Source: a virus (Duplodnaviria > Caudoviricetes). Taken from it: a stretch of 64,000 bases of DNA. The stretch lies in IMG/VR virus record IMGVR_UViG_3300020050_009209; one strand, written 5' to 3'. A program made the position numbers and the translations under genes. The notes under the pieces were generated by a model. That model was not told the DNA's origin, searched no databases, and saw nothing but the letters and a program-made list of their open reading frames with translations. Numbering within the stretch: the stretch's first letter is position 1; each line of letters starts with the position of its first letter. This document shows positions 1-9,715 of the stretch, one piece after another.

Positions 1-23
1 AAGTCCCATCCGGACAGACGCTC

Positions 24-1307
24 ATGGACTTCTTCGAGGTCCAACGAGACCAGGAAGCGATTGAGCGGGTCAAGGACTTTACGAATGTGCAGGCGTACAT
101 TCGTACGAACTTTGCGCACCTCCTAACTACAACCCTTGAGAAGCAAGGCCAGATTAAGGCGATCACGCTCTTCAAGGAAGCCGGAGAGATTGCAGGTCGA
201 GGGCTCATCATCGACAAGGAGAAGAAGCAAGGAGTAGCTGAGGCTCTTGCACATGTCTATGAGCATGGGTCTAAGCTAATTGCATCCGAGTTCAACTCTA
301 GAGCAGAGGGGGATGCTCGGGATGACGGGCAAGAGGTTTGGGATCGTTATCAGCACGCCAAGAACAACCCAAGTGAAGCTTGGGGTAAGCTATGTGGGCT
401 AAACGAGATAGACAAGGTAATCAAGGGAGGTAAGAAGGGAGAGCTTTGGCTCCATGCTGCATTCACGGGTGAGCTGAAGTCTACCTTTGCTCTGAATTGG
501 GCCTACAACCTAGTTACCAGGTACAGGACCAACGTATTCTATGCCACCCTAGAGATGCCCTACACCCAGGTTGTAGACAAGCTCTATGTCATGCATAGCT
601 CGAATCATCGATTCCGAGCTTTGGGCTATGCACCTCTCAGTTACGCAAAGGTGATAGCTGGGGAGTTGACTCCAGAAGAGGAGAAGTTCTGGCAACTGGT
701 CATCACGGACTTCACTACAAACGAAGAGTACGGGTCTCTCCATTTCTGGTCTCCGATTGAGGATGCAAACACGGATGACATCCGTGTTAAGGCAGAAATT
801 GTCAACCAGAAGCACAGCCTTGGTCTTGTGATCATCGACCACGGTGGAATCGTACAGGCAAGACGAAAGAAGCAGTCGAAGGACTACGTTATCGAGTTGA
901 ACTCTGTCATTCGCGACTCAAAGCGGCTGGCACTCCAGTTCAACAATGGTCAGAAGATTCTCGTTATGCTGCTATTCCAGATCAGCCGAGAGGGTAAGGA
1001 GTACGCAGACAAGAATGAGGGTCGCTACAAGCTGAGAGCACTGAGCTACGCAAATGAGGCGGAGCGGTCTGCGGATTACGTAACCACTACGTATCTGAAC
1101 GAAGAGCATCGAACAGCTGGGACCACGATCTTCGACATGTTGAAACGACGGGATGGGGCGTTCTTTAAGCCATTCCTTGCAGGGATCGATTGGAATACTA
1201 GTCGTATCTACAATCGAGACACCTTCAGCAATGTAGGGGATCGGGGGTTGGGAATCGACAACGAGAGAGACATATCTCAAGCTCTAGCGGGCATGTTTTC
1301 GGTGTAA
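24..1307 (+). CDS. DnaB-like (SF4) replicative helicase; frame is open to the window edge, so the true start may lie upstream
   Basis: GELWLHAAFTGELKS Walker A variant, YATLEM, VIIDH Walker B, QISREG, ERSADYV; adjacent to primase finger and polymerase. Confidence 0.85.
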   Translation: MDFFEVQRDQEAIERVKDFTNVQAYIRTNFAHLLTTTLEKQGQIKAITLFKEAGEIAGRGLIIDKEKKQGVAEALAHVYEHGSKLIASEFNSRAEGDARDDGQEVWDRYQHAKNNPSEAWGKLCGLNEIDKVIKGGKKGELWLHAAFTGELKSTFALNWAYNLVTRYRTNVFYATLEMPYTQVVDKLYVMHSSNHRFRALGYAPLSYAKVIAGELTPEEEKFWQLVITDFTTNEEYGSLHFWSPIEDANTDDIRVKAEIVNQKHSLGLVIIDHGGIVQARRKKQSKDYVIELNSVIRDSKRLALQFNNGQKILVMLLFQISREGKEYADKNEGRYKLRALSYANEAERSADYVTTTYLNEEHRTAGTTIFDMLKRRDGAFFKPFLAGIDWNTSRIYNRDTFSNVGDRGLGIDNERDISQALAGMFSV

Positions 1308-1317
1308 GGAGGGTCCT

Positions 1318-1533
1318 ATGTCCGGTAACTTTCAACAACAAGCGAGACAGCCTGGAGATGGTCAGGTGGCCGTACAAGCCATGGGTAATGGTCGACTGGC
1401 TCTTTGTGTGGATGATGCGGATGGTAACTTCGCAGTCTTCATGTCAGAGCACAACGCCGCTAGGGTTGTAGCTTTACTAGCTACTTATCTTCGCATCAGA
1501 CTCAATCCAAAAGATGCGAATAACATCAAGTGA
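1318..1533 (+). CDS. hypothetical protein
   Basis: AAGGAGG RBS; stop overlaps next start. Confidence 0.6.
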   Translation: MSGNFQQQARQPGDGQVAVQAMGNGRLALCVDDADGNFAVFMSEHNAARVVALLATYLRIRLNPKDANNIK

Positions 1534-2177
1534 GACAGGTCAACTCTAGTGACAACCTGCGGGAAGCCCTACAAGATAGTGCCCGTAGTGGGTTGTACAA
1601 GGAATGGGTAAGTCAGCGAGCTAACGCCATACGAGATACAGTGACCGCCTATGACGTACTCCGTCATTTTGGGGTTAGTCTCAAGTATGCCGGAGATGAC
1701 AACGAAGAGCAGATATCGTGCCCCTTCCATGGAGAAGACAACTCTCCTTCTGCAAGGGTGTACCCACAGAGCGCTAGGTCGTCTAGCCATGTTTGGTGTT
1801 TCGTTTGCAATGAGCGATGGGATGTCTTTGCTCTATGGAAGAAGTTCCAAGGGGAGGACCAGAAGTTCACTCAGTTACTATTCGGTATCGAGCGTGCTTT
1901 TGGATTGACTACCCCAGAAGCCCCGGAAGTCTCCTCAGGAGCTAGCTCAGTCCGAGGTCCTACAGAGAGGGAGCAGGAAGTTCTCTCTCTGTTAGATACC
2001 TGCGAACGTAGGCTCAAACAAGCTAAGGAGAGCTGCGATATGGTAGGTTTTCTCACCTTAGGTAAGCTACTAGACACTCTGCACTACCAGGTCACTAATC
2101 GGTTAATCGATATCGAAGATGCCTGGAAACATACTCGTGCCATCCTAGATAAGATTGGCAGTAAGATTCGTGCCTAG
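1530..2177 (+). CDS. stand-alone CHC2 zinc-finger (DnaG-type primase zinc-binding domain) protein
   Basis: CPFHGEDNSPS...WCFVC; no TOPRIM domain in 215 aa. Confidence 0.8.
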   Translation: MRQVNSSDNLREALQDSARSGLYKEWVSQRANAIRDTVTAYDVLRHFGVSLKYAGDDNEEQISCPFHGEDNSPSARVYPQSARSSSHVWCFVCNERWDVFALWKKFQGEDQKFTQLLFGIERAFGLTTPEAPEVSSGASSVRGPTEREQEVLSLLDTCERRLKQAKESCDMVGFLTLGKLLDTLHYQVTNRLIDIEDAWKHTRAILDKIGSKIRA

Positions 2178-2592
2178 GCAGCTCAAGCTGAAGACCGTTG
2201 AGCTTGGGGGTCTGGAACTCTACCTCATCTATCAGTACGGGGAAGTCTGGGAGGATGCTTGGGTTGCAGCTCAAAGTCTCCCGATCGCAGAGTTGTTCAC
2301 GACCATCCACTTCGAGGTCATGAATCACGCTTTACGCGGTTGGACTTCTCCGCTCGTGAAGGCTCTTGGGCTTTCTCCAGCAGGCGCCTTACGTAAGCTC
2401 CCACTAAAGGATAGGACTTGCTACAAAAAGACCGTATGTCCGCTATACACGAAGGACTGCCAACCTCAGTCGCTAAAAATGCCATGGTGTTTCGAGCCGG
2501 GATCCGTCGTAGACCTCACAGCTAGGGGATTAGGTGCAGAAGCCATCCGACTGTGGAAGTTGGGTGTGTACCTAATTGTTGTAACTCACTAA
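2155..2592 (+). CDS. hypothetical Cys-containing protein (start uncertain)
   Basis: operonic ORF between primase finger and polymerase. Confidence 0.6.
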   Translation: MAVRFVPRQLKLKTVELGGLELYLIYQYGEVWEDAWVAAQSLPIAELFTTIHFEVMNHALRGWTSPLVKALGLSPAGALRKLPLKDRTCYKKTVCPLYTKDCQPQSLKMPWCFEPGSVVDLTARGLGAEAIRLWKLGVYLIVVTH

Positions 2593-2625
2593 TTTACCAC
2601 GACAACTGCCAACTTTTGGAGATAC

Positions 2626-5600
2626 ATGTCCAACGCAAGCCCCCTAGACTTCATGCAGAATGTAGGTCTCACTCAACAGAGGGAGACGCCGAATATTGTG
2701 AAGCCTTGGATGAAGTACCATCGATTCGAGGTGGTAAGTACGATTGAGAAGCTTGAGTGGGTTATTCAGAAGGCCTTTGAGGCTAAGGAGTGCTCCCTTG
2801 ACCTGGAGACTCAGGGACTGGATACCCGAGTCTACCTCAAGCCTGTCTCAGAGTTGGAATCCCCTCACGAGATTTGGTGGGACCCAGCATCACCTCCTGC
2901 ATTAGTCCCTCAATCTGTTCACAAGATTGTGGGCTACTGTCTGTCCTACGATGGCATAACGGGGTACTACGTTCCTGTTCGTCACACTGCCCCAGGAGCC
3001 GTGAACGTAGACCTTGTGAGAGCTGGGCAGCTTATCTCAAAGCTGTGTCATGCAGCCCAACCTGAGTTGACAACGGAGGGACTAGCTCAGGACCCATTAG
3101 GCAGCTACTTGATCAAAACTCCAGGTAAGATCAAGCTATACTTTTGGCACGCTAAGTTCGATCAGGAGCTACTCTACCCGGTGACAGGGATCGACTTTTG
3201 GCATCCAGAATCCTATGAGGATGGGATGCTACTGTACTTTGTTAAGTACACTAGCGATAAAAACCTAGACCTGAAGCAGAAGTCCTTCAAAGAGCTGTTT
3301 GTACGAGACGCTCAAGGGAAGCTCATAACGGAGAACAACAACGCTATCCCCTACGAGATGATCAAGCTGAAGGAGCTGTTCTTGAAGGGGCGAGAGATTG
3401 ACTTCCCTTCGCTTCACCCAGAAGAGCCAGGTGTAGTTGCCTACGCCTGCTCTGATGCCATTTGCACGTTCCTGCATTGCAAAAAGCCGGAACTCATCAG
3501 TATGACACGGGACCCGAAGTATTTCCCGATGTATCGCCTTGAAAAGCAGTCTGCTCAGGCACTACGGGGTATGGAGCGTAATCGAGTTAAGCTCGACTTG
3601 CCCTACGTGCGATCCTTGTTTGCCGAGGCAAGAATAGAGGCAGATGGCTACCGAAATCAAATCGTTACGCTCGCTAGCGAGTATGGCTTTCCTGACTTCG
3701 ACCCACAGTCTCCAGCTCAGTTGGCGGAGTTTCTATTCAAGTCCCCAAGTGGCTTGAAGATCGAGCCCAAACCAGAGCAAACCCCTAGTGGTCAGTACAA
3801 AACGGACGCTGATACCCTAGAGAAAATCGTACTAGAGAACTCAGGTGTCAATCCAATCCTTCTTGTGGTGGTCAAGTACCGACAAGTGGAAAAGGTTATT
3901 GGTACCTACTTGGAGGCTATGGTCGCTAATTGCGATGCCAACGATGAGGCCAGGGTGCAATTCAAGCAAACAGGAGCTGCAACCGGGCGTATCTCAGCTC
4001 CTGGTGGCGACCCCAAACACGGGTACTGTGGGTTCCCTCCTCACGGTATTCCAAGCACCTATGACGAGAAGAAGCCAAAGGTAGCTACGTGCCTAAGGCA
4101 AGCTTTCATTGCTCGACCTGGTTACACGATGGTGAAGGTCGACTTTGCTGGAGAAGAGCTTAGGATTGTAACCAACCTATCTCAGGAGCCTGTCTGGATC
4201 AAAGAGTTCTTGGAGGGGACCGGGGACCTCCATACGATTACAGCAAAGGCGTTCTTCAACAAGGAAGACATCACAAAACAGGAACGCCAGCAAGGTAAGA
4301 TTGCCAACTTCTCTCTCGTTTACGGAGGTGGAGTGCGGGCGATTATGAACGCAACGGGTTGCAACCAACCTGAGGCAGGTCGTAGGAAGCTAAACTTCGA
4401 CAAGTCCATGCCAAGGTTTGCTGGTTGGGTCACACTCCAGAAGAAGTACATTCACGAACACAAGGGAGTGAAAACTGCTTTTGGTCGATGGATTGCGACA
4501 CCTCAGGTTGACAGCGAGGACAAGGCTCTAGTAGGTGCCGCAGAAAGGTGGTCTATAAATTATCCCATACAAGGCTGTCAAAATTTCAACTCTAGAGTTA
4601 TGACTACTCAGGGGTTCAAACGTATTGGAGACTTGGAGGGTAGTGGAGAGGCATTTACCGCTTGGACCGGGTCTGTATGGGCTACAGCCAAAGCGTTCAA
4701 TATGGGCCAGTGCCAGCTATCCAACATCAGATTGGCAGATGGGGCAACTGTAACGTGTGACACCCGCCACAAACTTCTTGTAGTTACCGAAGAAGGGTAT
4801 AATTGGGTAGATTACCCAGAATTGAAACCAAAGGATAAGGTAGCTACCTCCCTGTGTTTCCCAGTTGAGTTCTCTCCTGAGCCGCTAGCTGGTATAACCC
4901 CTCAGAAGCTATCGAGGTTAGCTGTAACTCCAGACTCGGATCTCCAAGACTTTTGGTATTGGATGGGGCGTTACTATGGGGATGGTAACGTTTACTTGAC
5001 TCACAATCCTGGTATTACTTACTCATTTGGGGACCATGAGGGGGAGGCTATTGCTCGTTGCGTTGCCTTTTGGAAGTTGTGGGGATTGAACCCTAAAGTT
5101 AAGACAGGTACCCACCAACCAGACCAAAAAATATCGACTCGTCATCAAGTTGTCGTGTACAGCAAAGACCTTGCCTTTTGGTTAAAGTCTATAGGAATAG
5201 AGCCTGCTACAGCGCACACCAAAAAGCTTACCCCTCGCATCCTGCAAGAGACCCTAGTCAACCGTAAAGCCTTCATGAGGGGCTTCATGGACTCAGATGG
5301 TTGTCGCCCAACTGTCGAGAAAAATAAGGGTAACCCTTATAGCCTACATCTTTGCCAACGGGAGTTGCTTGCTGACACGAAGTTGCTTCTTCGTACGTTA
5401 GGTGTAGAGTCCTGTGTTCGTGGCCCGTACCAGTATGTCAATAAGAAAACTGGATTGGAGACGACGAGCTACCGACTAGACATCCAGCGAAGGATGTTTG
5501 AGCGTAATGTCATGGACCGTACGGACCTAAGATACGAGAAGTTTCACGACATGGAGGCCCCAAAGTTCCTTGTAGTAAACTTCTTGTCTAAGGGTACTTG

Positions 5601-6654
5601 GAAGCGGTCAGACTTCAAAGGGGACCAATCCTTGTACACTCTGTACAGTCGTATTCGTACTGGAGGCAAGGTAGGGGTGTATACCCTTGACCGACTCTGT
5701 CGAACCTTGGGGGTTCGACTAGACCATCCTATCTACGGCTTCAAACGGCTTGTGTCCAAGACCGAGCTTGACAGAGTAGAGGACACCTACACCCTGTCAG
5801 TCAATGACCCTCTCCATCGATTTGAGGCCGATGGGGTTATCTCAAAGAACAGTGGCGCGGATATCATGAAAATGGCCATGGTTCTCCTACACAAGGAGTT
5901 CTACAGGCTAGGATGGTATGCTCAAGACGCCATTCGAATGTTGTTGACTGTTCATGACGAGATCGTCTTCGAGGTGAAGCACCATCTCGTACCAGAGGCC
6001 ATGCCGATCATTGAGGAGCTAATGACTCGTCCAGGTCGAATGGCTCGATGGCAAGTCCCTCTTGAGGTGGAGCCCCTGATTGACTCTACTTGGGATGCTA
6101 AGTACGACTACCACAAGATTCTCCATGGCTCCTTCAAGCCACCGAAGGAAGGAGAGAAGCTAAAGGGCCTAGACCTTCGAGTGGGTAATTACATCTTCCA
6201 CAAGGTGCCAGCTTGGTTGGAAGGCATTGTTATCCCGGATTGGCAGCGTGAAGGTTGGGACCCTAGTGCAAAGCAGCAGAAGTCGTTAGGGGCTCCAATT
6301 GCTGGAATTGTAACTCCCCCAACCGTACAAGCTCCGTCTCCGGTACAAGCTCAAGCTCAGGTCACGGCCCCTTCAGCTCTCCCCCCAGTAGCCAACCCTA
6401 CAACTGCCGTAGCAGAGCCAGAGACACCTCTTACCGAGGATGACATATTCGTCTACCCTATTTACACCCTTACCGAGTTCACCATGAGGAAGGTGGCGGC
6501 TATCTGCATAGAGCTACTGGACGATGGAGACTGTAAAGTGCTCCACCTAGTCTCTGTAAAGGAGCCTGGTCAGTACGTTCTAATTGACGCGAGTCTTGGC
6601 ATTCGAGTCAACCCAGAAAGTTTTGGTCGTCTAATGCGCGATCGTGGGCTATAG
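2626..6654 (+). CDS. polA: family A DNA polymerase (3'-5' exonuclease plus polymerase), intein-containing
   Basis: Exo DLETQG/HAKFD/YACSD; motif A DFAGEELR, motif B RQQGKIANFSLVYG, motif C TVHDEIV. Confidence 0.95.
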   Translation: MSNASPLDFMQNVGLTQQRETPNIVKPWMKYHRFEVVSTIEKLEWVIQKAFEAKECSLDLETQGLDTRVYLKPVSELESPHEIWWDPASPPALVPQSVHKIVGYCLSYDGITGYYVPVRHTAPGAVNVDLVRAGQLISKLCHAAQPELTTEGLAQDPLGSYLIKTPGKIKLYFWHAKFDQELLYPVTGIDFWHPESYEDGMLLYFVKYTSDKNLDLKQKSFKELFVRDAQGKLITENNNAIPYEMIKLKELFLKGREIDFPSLHPEEPGVVAYACSDAICTFLHCKKPELISMTRDPKYFPMYRLEKQSAQALRGMERNRVKLDLPYVRSLFAEARIEADGYRNQIVTLASEYGFPDFDPQSPAQLAEFLFKSPSGLKIEPKPEQTPSGQYKTDADTLEKIVLENSGVNPILLVVVKYRQVEKVIGTYLEAMVANCDANDEARVQFKQTGAATGRISAPGGDPKHGYCGFPPHGIPSTYDEKKPKVATCLRQAFIARPGYTMVKVDFAGEELRIVTNLSQEPVWIKEFLEGTGDLHTITAKAFFNKEDITKQERQQGKIANFSLVYGGGVRAIMNATGCNQPEAGRRKLNFDKSMPRFAGWVTLQKKYIHEHKGVKTAFGRWIATPQVDSEDKALVGAAERWSINYPIQGCQNFNSRVMTTQGFKRIGDLEGSGEAFTAWTGSVWATAKAFNMGQCQLSNIRLADGATVTCDTRHKLLVVTEEGYNWVDYPELKPKDKVATSLCFPVEFSPEPLAGITPQKLSRLAVTPDSDLQDFWYWMGRYYGDGNVYLTHNPGITYSFGDHEGEAIARCVAFWKLWGLNPKVKTGTHQPDQKISTRHQVVVYSKDLAFWLKSIGIEPATAHTKKLTPRILQETLVNRKAFMRGFMDSDGCRPTVEKNKGNPYSLHLCQRELLADTKLLLRTLGVESCVRGPYQYVNKKTGLETTSYRLDIQRRMFERNVMDRTDLRYEKFHDMEAPKFLVVNFLSKGTWKRSDFKGDQSLYTLYSRIRTGGKVGVYTLDRLCRTLGVRLDHPIYGFKRLVSKTELDRVEDTYTLSVNDPLHRFEADGVISKNSGADIMKMAMVLLHKEFYRLGWYAQDAIRMLLTVHDEIVFEVKHHLVPEAMPIIEELMTRPGRMARWQVPLEVEPLIDSTWDAKYDYHKILHGSFKPPKEGEKLKGLDLRVGNYIFHKVPAWLEGIVIPDWQREGWDPSAKQQKSLGAPIAGIVTPPTVQAPSPVQAQAQVTAPSALPPVANPTTAVAEPETPLTEDDIFVYPIYTLTEFTMRKVAAICIELLDDGDCKVLHLVSVKEPGQYVLIDASLGIRVNPESFGRLMRDRGL
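4576..5850 (+). mobile_element. intein with LAGLIDADG homing endonuclease (425 aa) in the polymerase
   Basis: NYPIQG|CQNFNSRV ... HRFEADGVISKN|SGADIMK; LAGLIDADG-like blocks WMGRYYGDG and FMRGFMDSDG; removal restores PIQGSGADIMK. Confidence 0.93.
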
Positions 6655-6663
6655 TCGAAGAGC

Positions 6664-7248
6664 ATGGACCGTAAAGACTACCTTGGAGAGTGCAACGAAT
6701 TTCGCCTACCTTTGGCCGAATTTCAGGAGACCTTCTGCCAAAGGTGCTCGCAACCCGAATGCACAAGGAGTCTTTACGGCACCTCGCTTTTTGACCGTCG
6801 TGTAAATACCTGGCACGAACGGCTATTCTCTGCGGTACCTAAGATGGATTCTAGTGATCCAAGGTTTGCTGAGATAGCTACCAAGAAATTCATGCTAATC
6901 GACCCTAGCCCTCCTTATGAGGTAGCCTCTTGGGTGGAGCCTTCCCAGGAGGTTGTAAAGGTCGATGGTACGGACCCTGGTACGAGCAAGAAGCCATCGG
7001 AAGAGGTTCAGGAGGTTCAGGTACCTCAAGTCCTCCCAACCCCACCTACCCCAACCCAGGAACCTCCAAGGGTTCTCGGGTTGGGTGGGTTAAATACTCC
7101 TAATCATGGGGGTAAGTTCATAGGAGGGGGGCCTCCAGTGGCTCCTCCGACTCGGGATCCTTGGGCTGCCCCAACGGCACCTAAGGGGGACGTAGTAAAA
7201 AAAGGTGCGATTATTCGGCTCGGGGGCGATCGTGGTGGTGTAAAGTAG
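6664..7248 (+). CDS. hypothetical protein, N-terminal Cys cluster, Pro-rich C-terminus
   Basis: C-x15-CQRC-x4-C; operonic with polymerase. Confidence 0.7.
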   Translation: MDRKDYLGECNEFRLPLAEFQETFCQRCSQPECTRSLYGTSLFDRRVNTWHERLFSAVPKMDSSDPRFAEIATKKFMLIDPSPPYEVASWVEPSQEVVKVDGTDPGTSKKPSEEVQEVQVPQVLPTPPTPTQEPPRVLGLGGLNTPNHGGKFIGGGPPVAPPTRDPWAAPTAPKGDVVKKGAIIRLGGDRGGVK

Positions 7249-7279
7249 AGCAGCAACCTACGGATAGAGGTAAGGGAAG

Positions 7280-7453
7280 ATGGAATTTACGACGTTGATT
7301 AAGCCGGACGGTAAGGTAGTGGTGGAGGTTACAGACCGCCAAGAGCACCTGTGTGCTGAGATCTACAAGGTCACCAATCGAATGGGGACTCAGCTCTCAG
7401 ATGAGGAGCTTCCAGATTGCGCCTCTACTGTCCGTGAAACCACGAGCACCTAA
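7280..7453 (+). CDS. DUF2997-like small protein (57 aa, absent from the ORF track)
   Basis: MEFTTLIKPDGKVVVEVTDRQEHLCAEIYKVT... matches the I-x-P-D-G-x-V-x-x-E-V...C pattern; GAGG RBS; directly before DUF1257 and the Ycf46-like ATPase. Confidence 0.7.
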   Translation: MEFTTLIKPDGKVVVEVTDRQEHLCAEIYKVTNRMGTQLSDEELPDCASTVRETTST

Positions 7454-7464
7454 AAGGAAACAAC

Positions 7465-7797
7465 ATGTCACATCGAGTAACTGTCCAGACTGCAATCACA
7501 AACAAGGATTTTGCTGTGGCTGCTATGACTCAGCTGAAGATCCAACATCGGGTGGAAGGGTCCACCATCCACCTCACCTCAGGGAACTTTGCGGGTTCTA
7601 GGTTGAACCTGACTACGGGTGAGTTGGTAAGTGGTGACACGGACCACGTCCGAGTGACGACGGAGACCTTTGGGGTACTACGTCAGACCTACGCAGAGGC
7701 TCAATACCGTGCCGAAGCCTTTCAGCAGGGTATTGACATTCTTGGTCGAGAAGTCCTCAAGGACGGCACGATCAAGCTTGTTTGTCGAATGGCCTGA
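7465..7797 (+). CDS. DUF1257 / Ycf35-like protein
   Basis: MSHRVTVQTAITNKD N-terminus, LRQTYA, KDGTIKLV C-terminus. Confidence 0.7.
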   Translation: MSHRVTVQTAITNKDFAVAAMTQLKIQHRVEGSTIHLTSGNFAGSRLNLTTGELVSGDTDHVRVTTETFGVLRQTYAEAQYRAEAFQQGIDILGREVLKDGTIKLVCRMA

Positions 7798-7821
7798 ACC
7801 TTCCTAGGCAGTTGGTGTAGT

Positions 7822-7862
7822 AAGCTCATCTTCCTTTCGAAGAAGGTGAGCTTTCACTTTTT
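7822..7862 (+). terminator. stem-loop plus T-tract, probable intrinsic terminator or attenuator
   Basis: AAGCTCATCTTC...GAAGGTGAGCTT followed by TCACTTTTT. Confidence 0.6.
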
Positions 7863-7894
7863 ACGGTACACGGTACCTCAAAACGAGACCCAAA

Positions 7895-9457
7895 ATGAAT
7901 CCCGAGCTAATTCAACATCTGAGTGCGTACACTAGGGCTATTTTCTACGTAACAGACGAAGAGGATAGGTTCATCATTGAGTTGCAAGAAGTGCTAAAGC
8001 AGCGTCAGGCCTGGGTGTACAATGGAGCCTTTGGGCTTCAGCCTATCGCAGATATTCAAGCGGATTGGGAAAACTTGACCCACAATGTATCGAATGTCCC
8101 TACAATCCATGATGCTCTAGTCAAGATGTACAAGGACAACCCTAAAGGTAAGGAGCTTTTCTACGTAATCACAGATCCAGACCGTTGGTTCAAGGATGAG
8201 CTTGTACATCGTCGAGTTCTCAACCTCATCCACCAAGGCCATCAAAATAAATTTGTGGTAAAGGTCATGATCTTTGTGGGACCTCGTAGGTCCATCCCAG
8301 AAAAGCTTCAGCGGTACTTTACCGTTATCCAGGATACTGGGCTAGATACGAATCAGACAAAGAGCCTTGTAGCCAAGGTGTCTGGAATGGTCAAAGCAAA
8401 GATCCCACCGAATGAGGCTCAGCTATTCAGGGGTATGACCTCGTACGAGGTTGAAGAGTCTATTACCCTGTCTGCCTACCACACACGTAAGAGTGCGGAA
8501 GGTAGACAGGTTGATCCCACATTCATCCAGGCGTACAAGCGAAATCAACTACGAAAAACTGACCTAGTCCAATATGTCGAGACCACCAAGGACTCCTTTG
8601 ACAAGATCGGAGGGGCTGACCGATTCAAGAGCTGGGCAAGGAAGACGAAAGCTTGTTGGACCGAGAAGGGACAAGCCTTTGGCCTAAAGCCACCCCGAGG
8701 TGTTCTGCTTGTGGGGGTCTATGGGTGCGGAAAGAGTATCAGCGCCAAGGCCATGGCAAATGAATGGGACCTTCCCCTGGTGCAATTCGAGATGGGGAAG
8801 CTTAGGTCTTCAGGTGTTGGAGACTCAGAGGCTAACCTCTATAGGGCCCTACGCGTTGTAGAGAGCGTAGCTCCGTGTGTGTTGTGGATTGACGAAGCGG
8901 AGAAGAGCCTAGCGGGTAGTCAGTCCTCTGCGCAATCTGATGCAGGTACGACATCTAGACTTCTTGGTATCCTGTCTACCTGGACGCAGGAGTCGAAGGC
9001 GCCAATTTGTATCGTCATGACAGCGAATAGCCTCAAGTCTCTTCCAGTAGAGATGGTGAATCGTATGCCACAGCGGTTTTTCTTTGACCTCCCCAACGAG
9101 GAAGACCGAATTGACATTCTGAAGATCCACGGAGCTGCGGCTGGTCAGGATCTAACCACGTTCAATCTCGTGGACCTAGCAGAGAAGGCGAAGAGTCTGG
9201 TAGGTCGTGAGATTGAGCAGGCTATCCAGGAAGCGATGATGGAGTCCTATACGAAGGGGAAGCCAGGGCTAGACGAAGAAATTCTAGCTACAGAGCTTGC
9301 TCATCGGCCTCGTATCATCAAAACGATGACGGATGAAATCAAGGAAGTTCTTGATTGGGTTGGTTACGACCCTGAGGTAGACGATGGAATTCGTGCTAGG
9401 TTGGCGTCGAGTCATCGTAGTGAGCAGTTCAATGTGACTTTGGGTGGTACCCCATAG
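7895..9457 (+). CDS. Ycf46-like AAA+ ATPase
   Basis: degenerate N-terminal AAA (TDEEDR), GVLLVGVYGCGKS, VGDSEAN, PCVLWIDEAEK, FFFDLP. Confidence 0.85.
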   Translation: MNPELIQHLSAYTRAIFYVTDEEDRFIIELQEVLKQRQAWVYNGAFGLQPIADIQADWENLTHNVSNVPTIHDALVKMYKDNPKGKELFYVITDPDRWFKDELVHRRVLNLIHQGHQNKFVVKVMIFVGPRRSIPEKLQRYFTVIQDTGLDTNQTKSLVAKVSGMVKAKIPPNEAQLFRGMTSYEVEESITLSAYHTRKSAEGRQVDPTFIQAYKRNQLRKTDLVQYVETTKDSFDKIGGADRFKSWARKTKACWTEKGQAFGLKPPRGVLLVGVYGCGKSISAKAMANEWDLPLVQFEMGKLRSSGVGDSEANLYRALRVVESVAPCVLWIDEAEKSLAGSQSSAQSDAGTTSRLLGILSTWTQESKAPICIVMTANSLKSLPVEMVNRMPQRFFFDLPNEEDRIDILKIHGAAAGQDLTTFNLVDLAEKAKSLVGREIEQAIQEAMMESYTKGKPGLDEEILATELAHRPRIIKTMTDEIKEVLDWVGYDPEVDDGIRARLASSHRSEQFNVTLGGTP

Positions 9458-9475
9458 TACAGGAGTCATGAAGAA

Positions 9476-9691
9476 GTGAACGAACACCCATATAGAGTGT
9501 CTGCTGTAAAGGAGCCCCAGAAAATGTCTGACAAAGAATTCTCGTACAGACAGACTCGCGTAGCGTTTATCTGTGCCTGCATCGCGTTCATTGCGCTCGT
9601 GGTCAGTGTTACGACATGTAGTATGCGGTCAGATGTGATGGAGCTGAAGGTACTTAGAGAGCGAAACATGACGTGCCTATGTGGAAAGTGA
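9476..9691 (+). CDS. small membrane protein
   Basis: hydrophobic VAFICACIAFIALVVSV. Confidence 0.55.
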   Translation: MNEHPYRVSAVKEPQKMSDKEFSYRQTRVAFICACIAFIALVVSVTTCSMRSDVMELKVLRERNMTCLCGK

Positions 9692-9715
9692 TACCCGACA
9701 ATCAGGGAGACTAGA

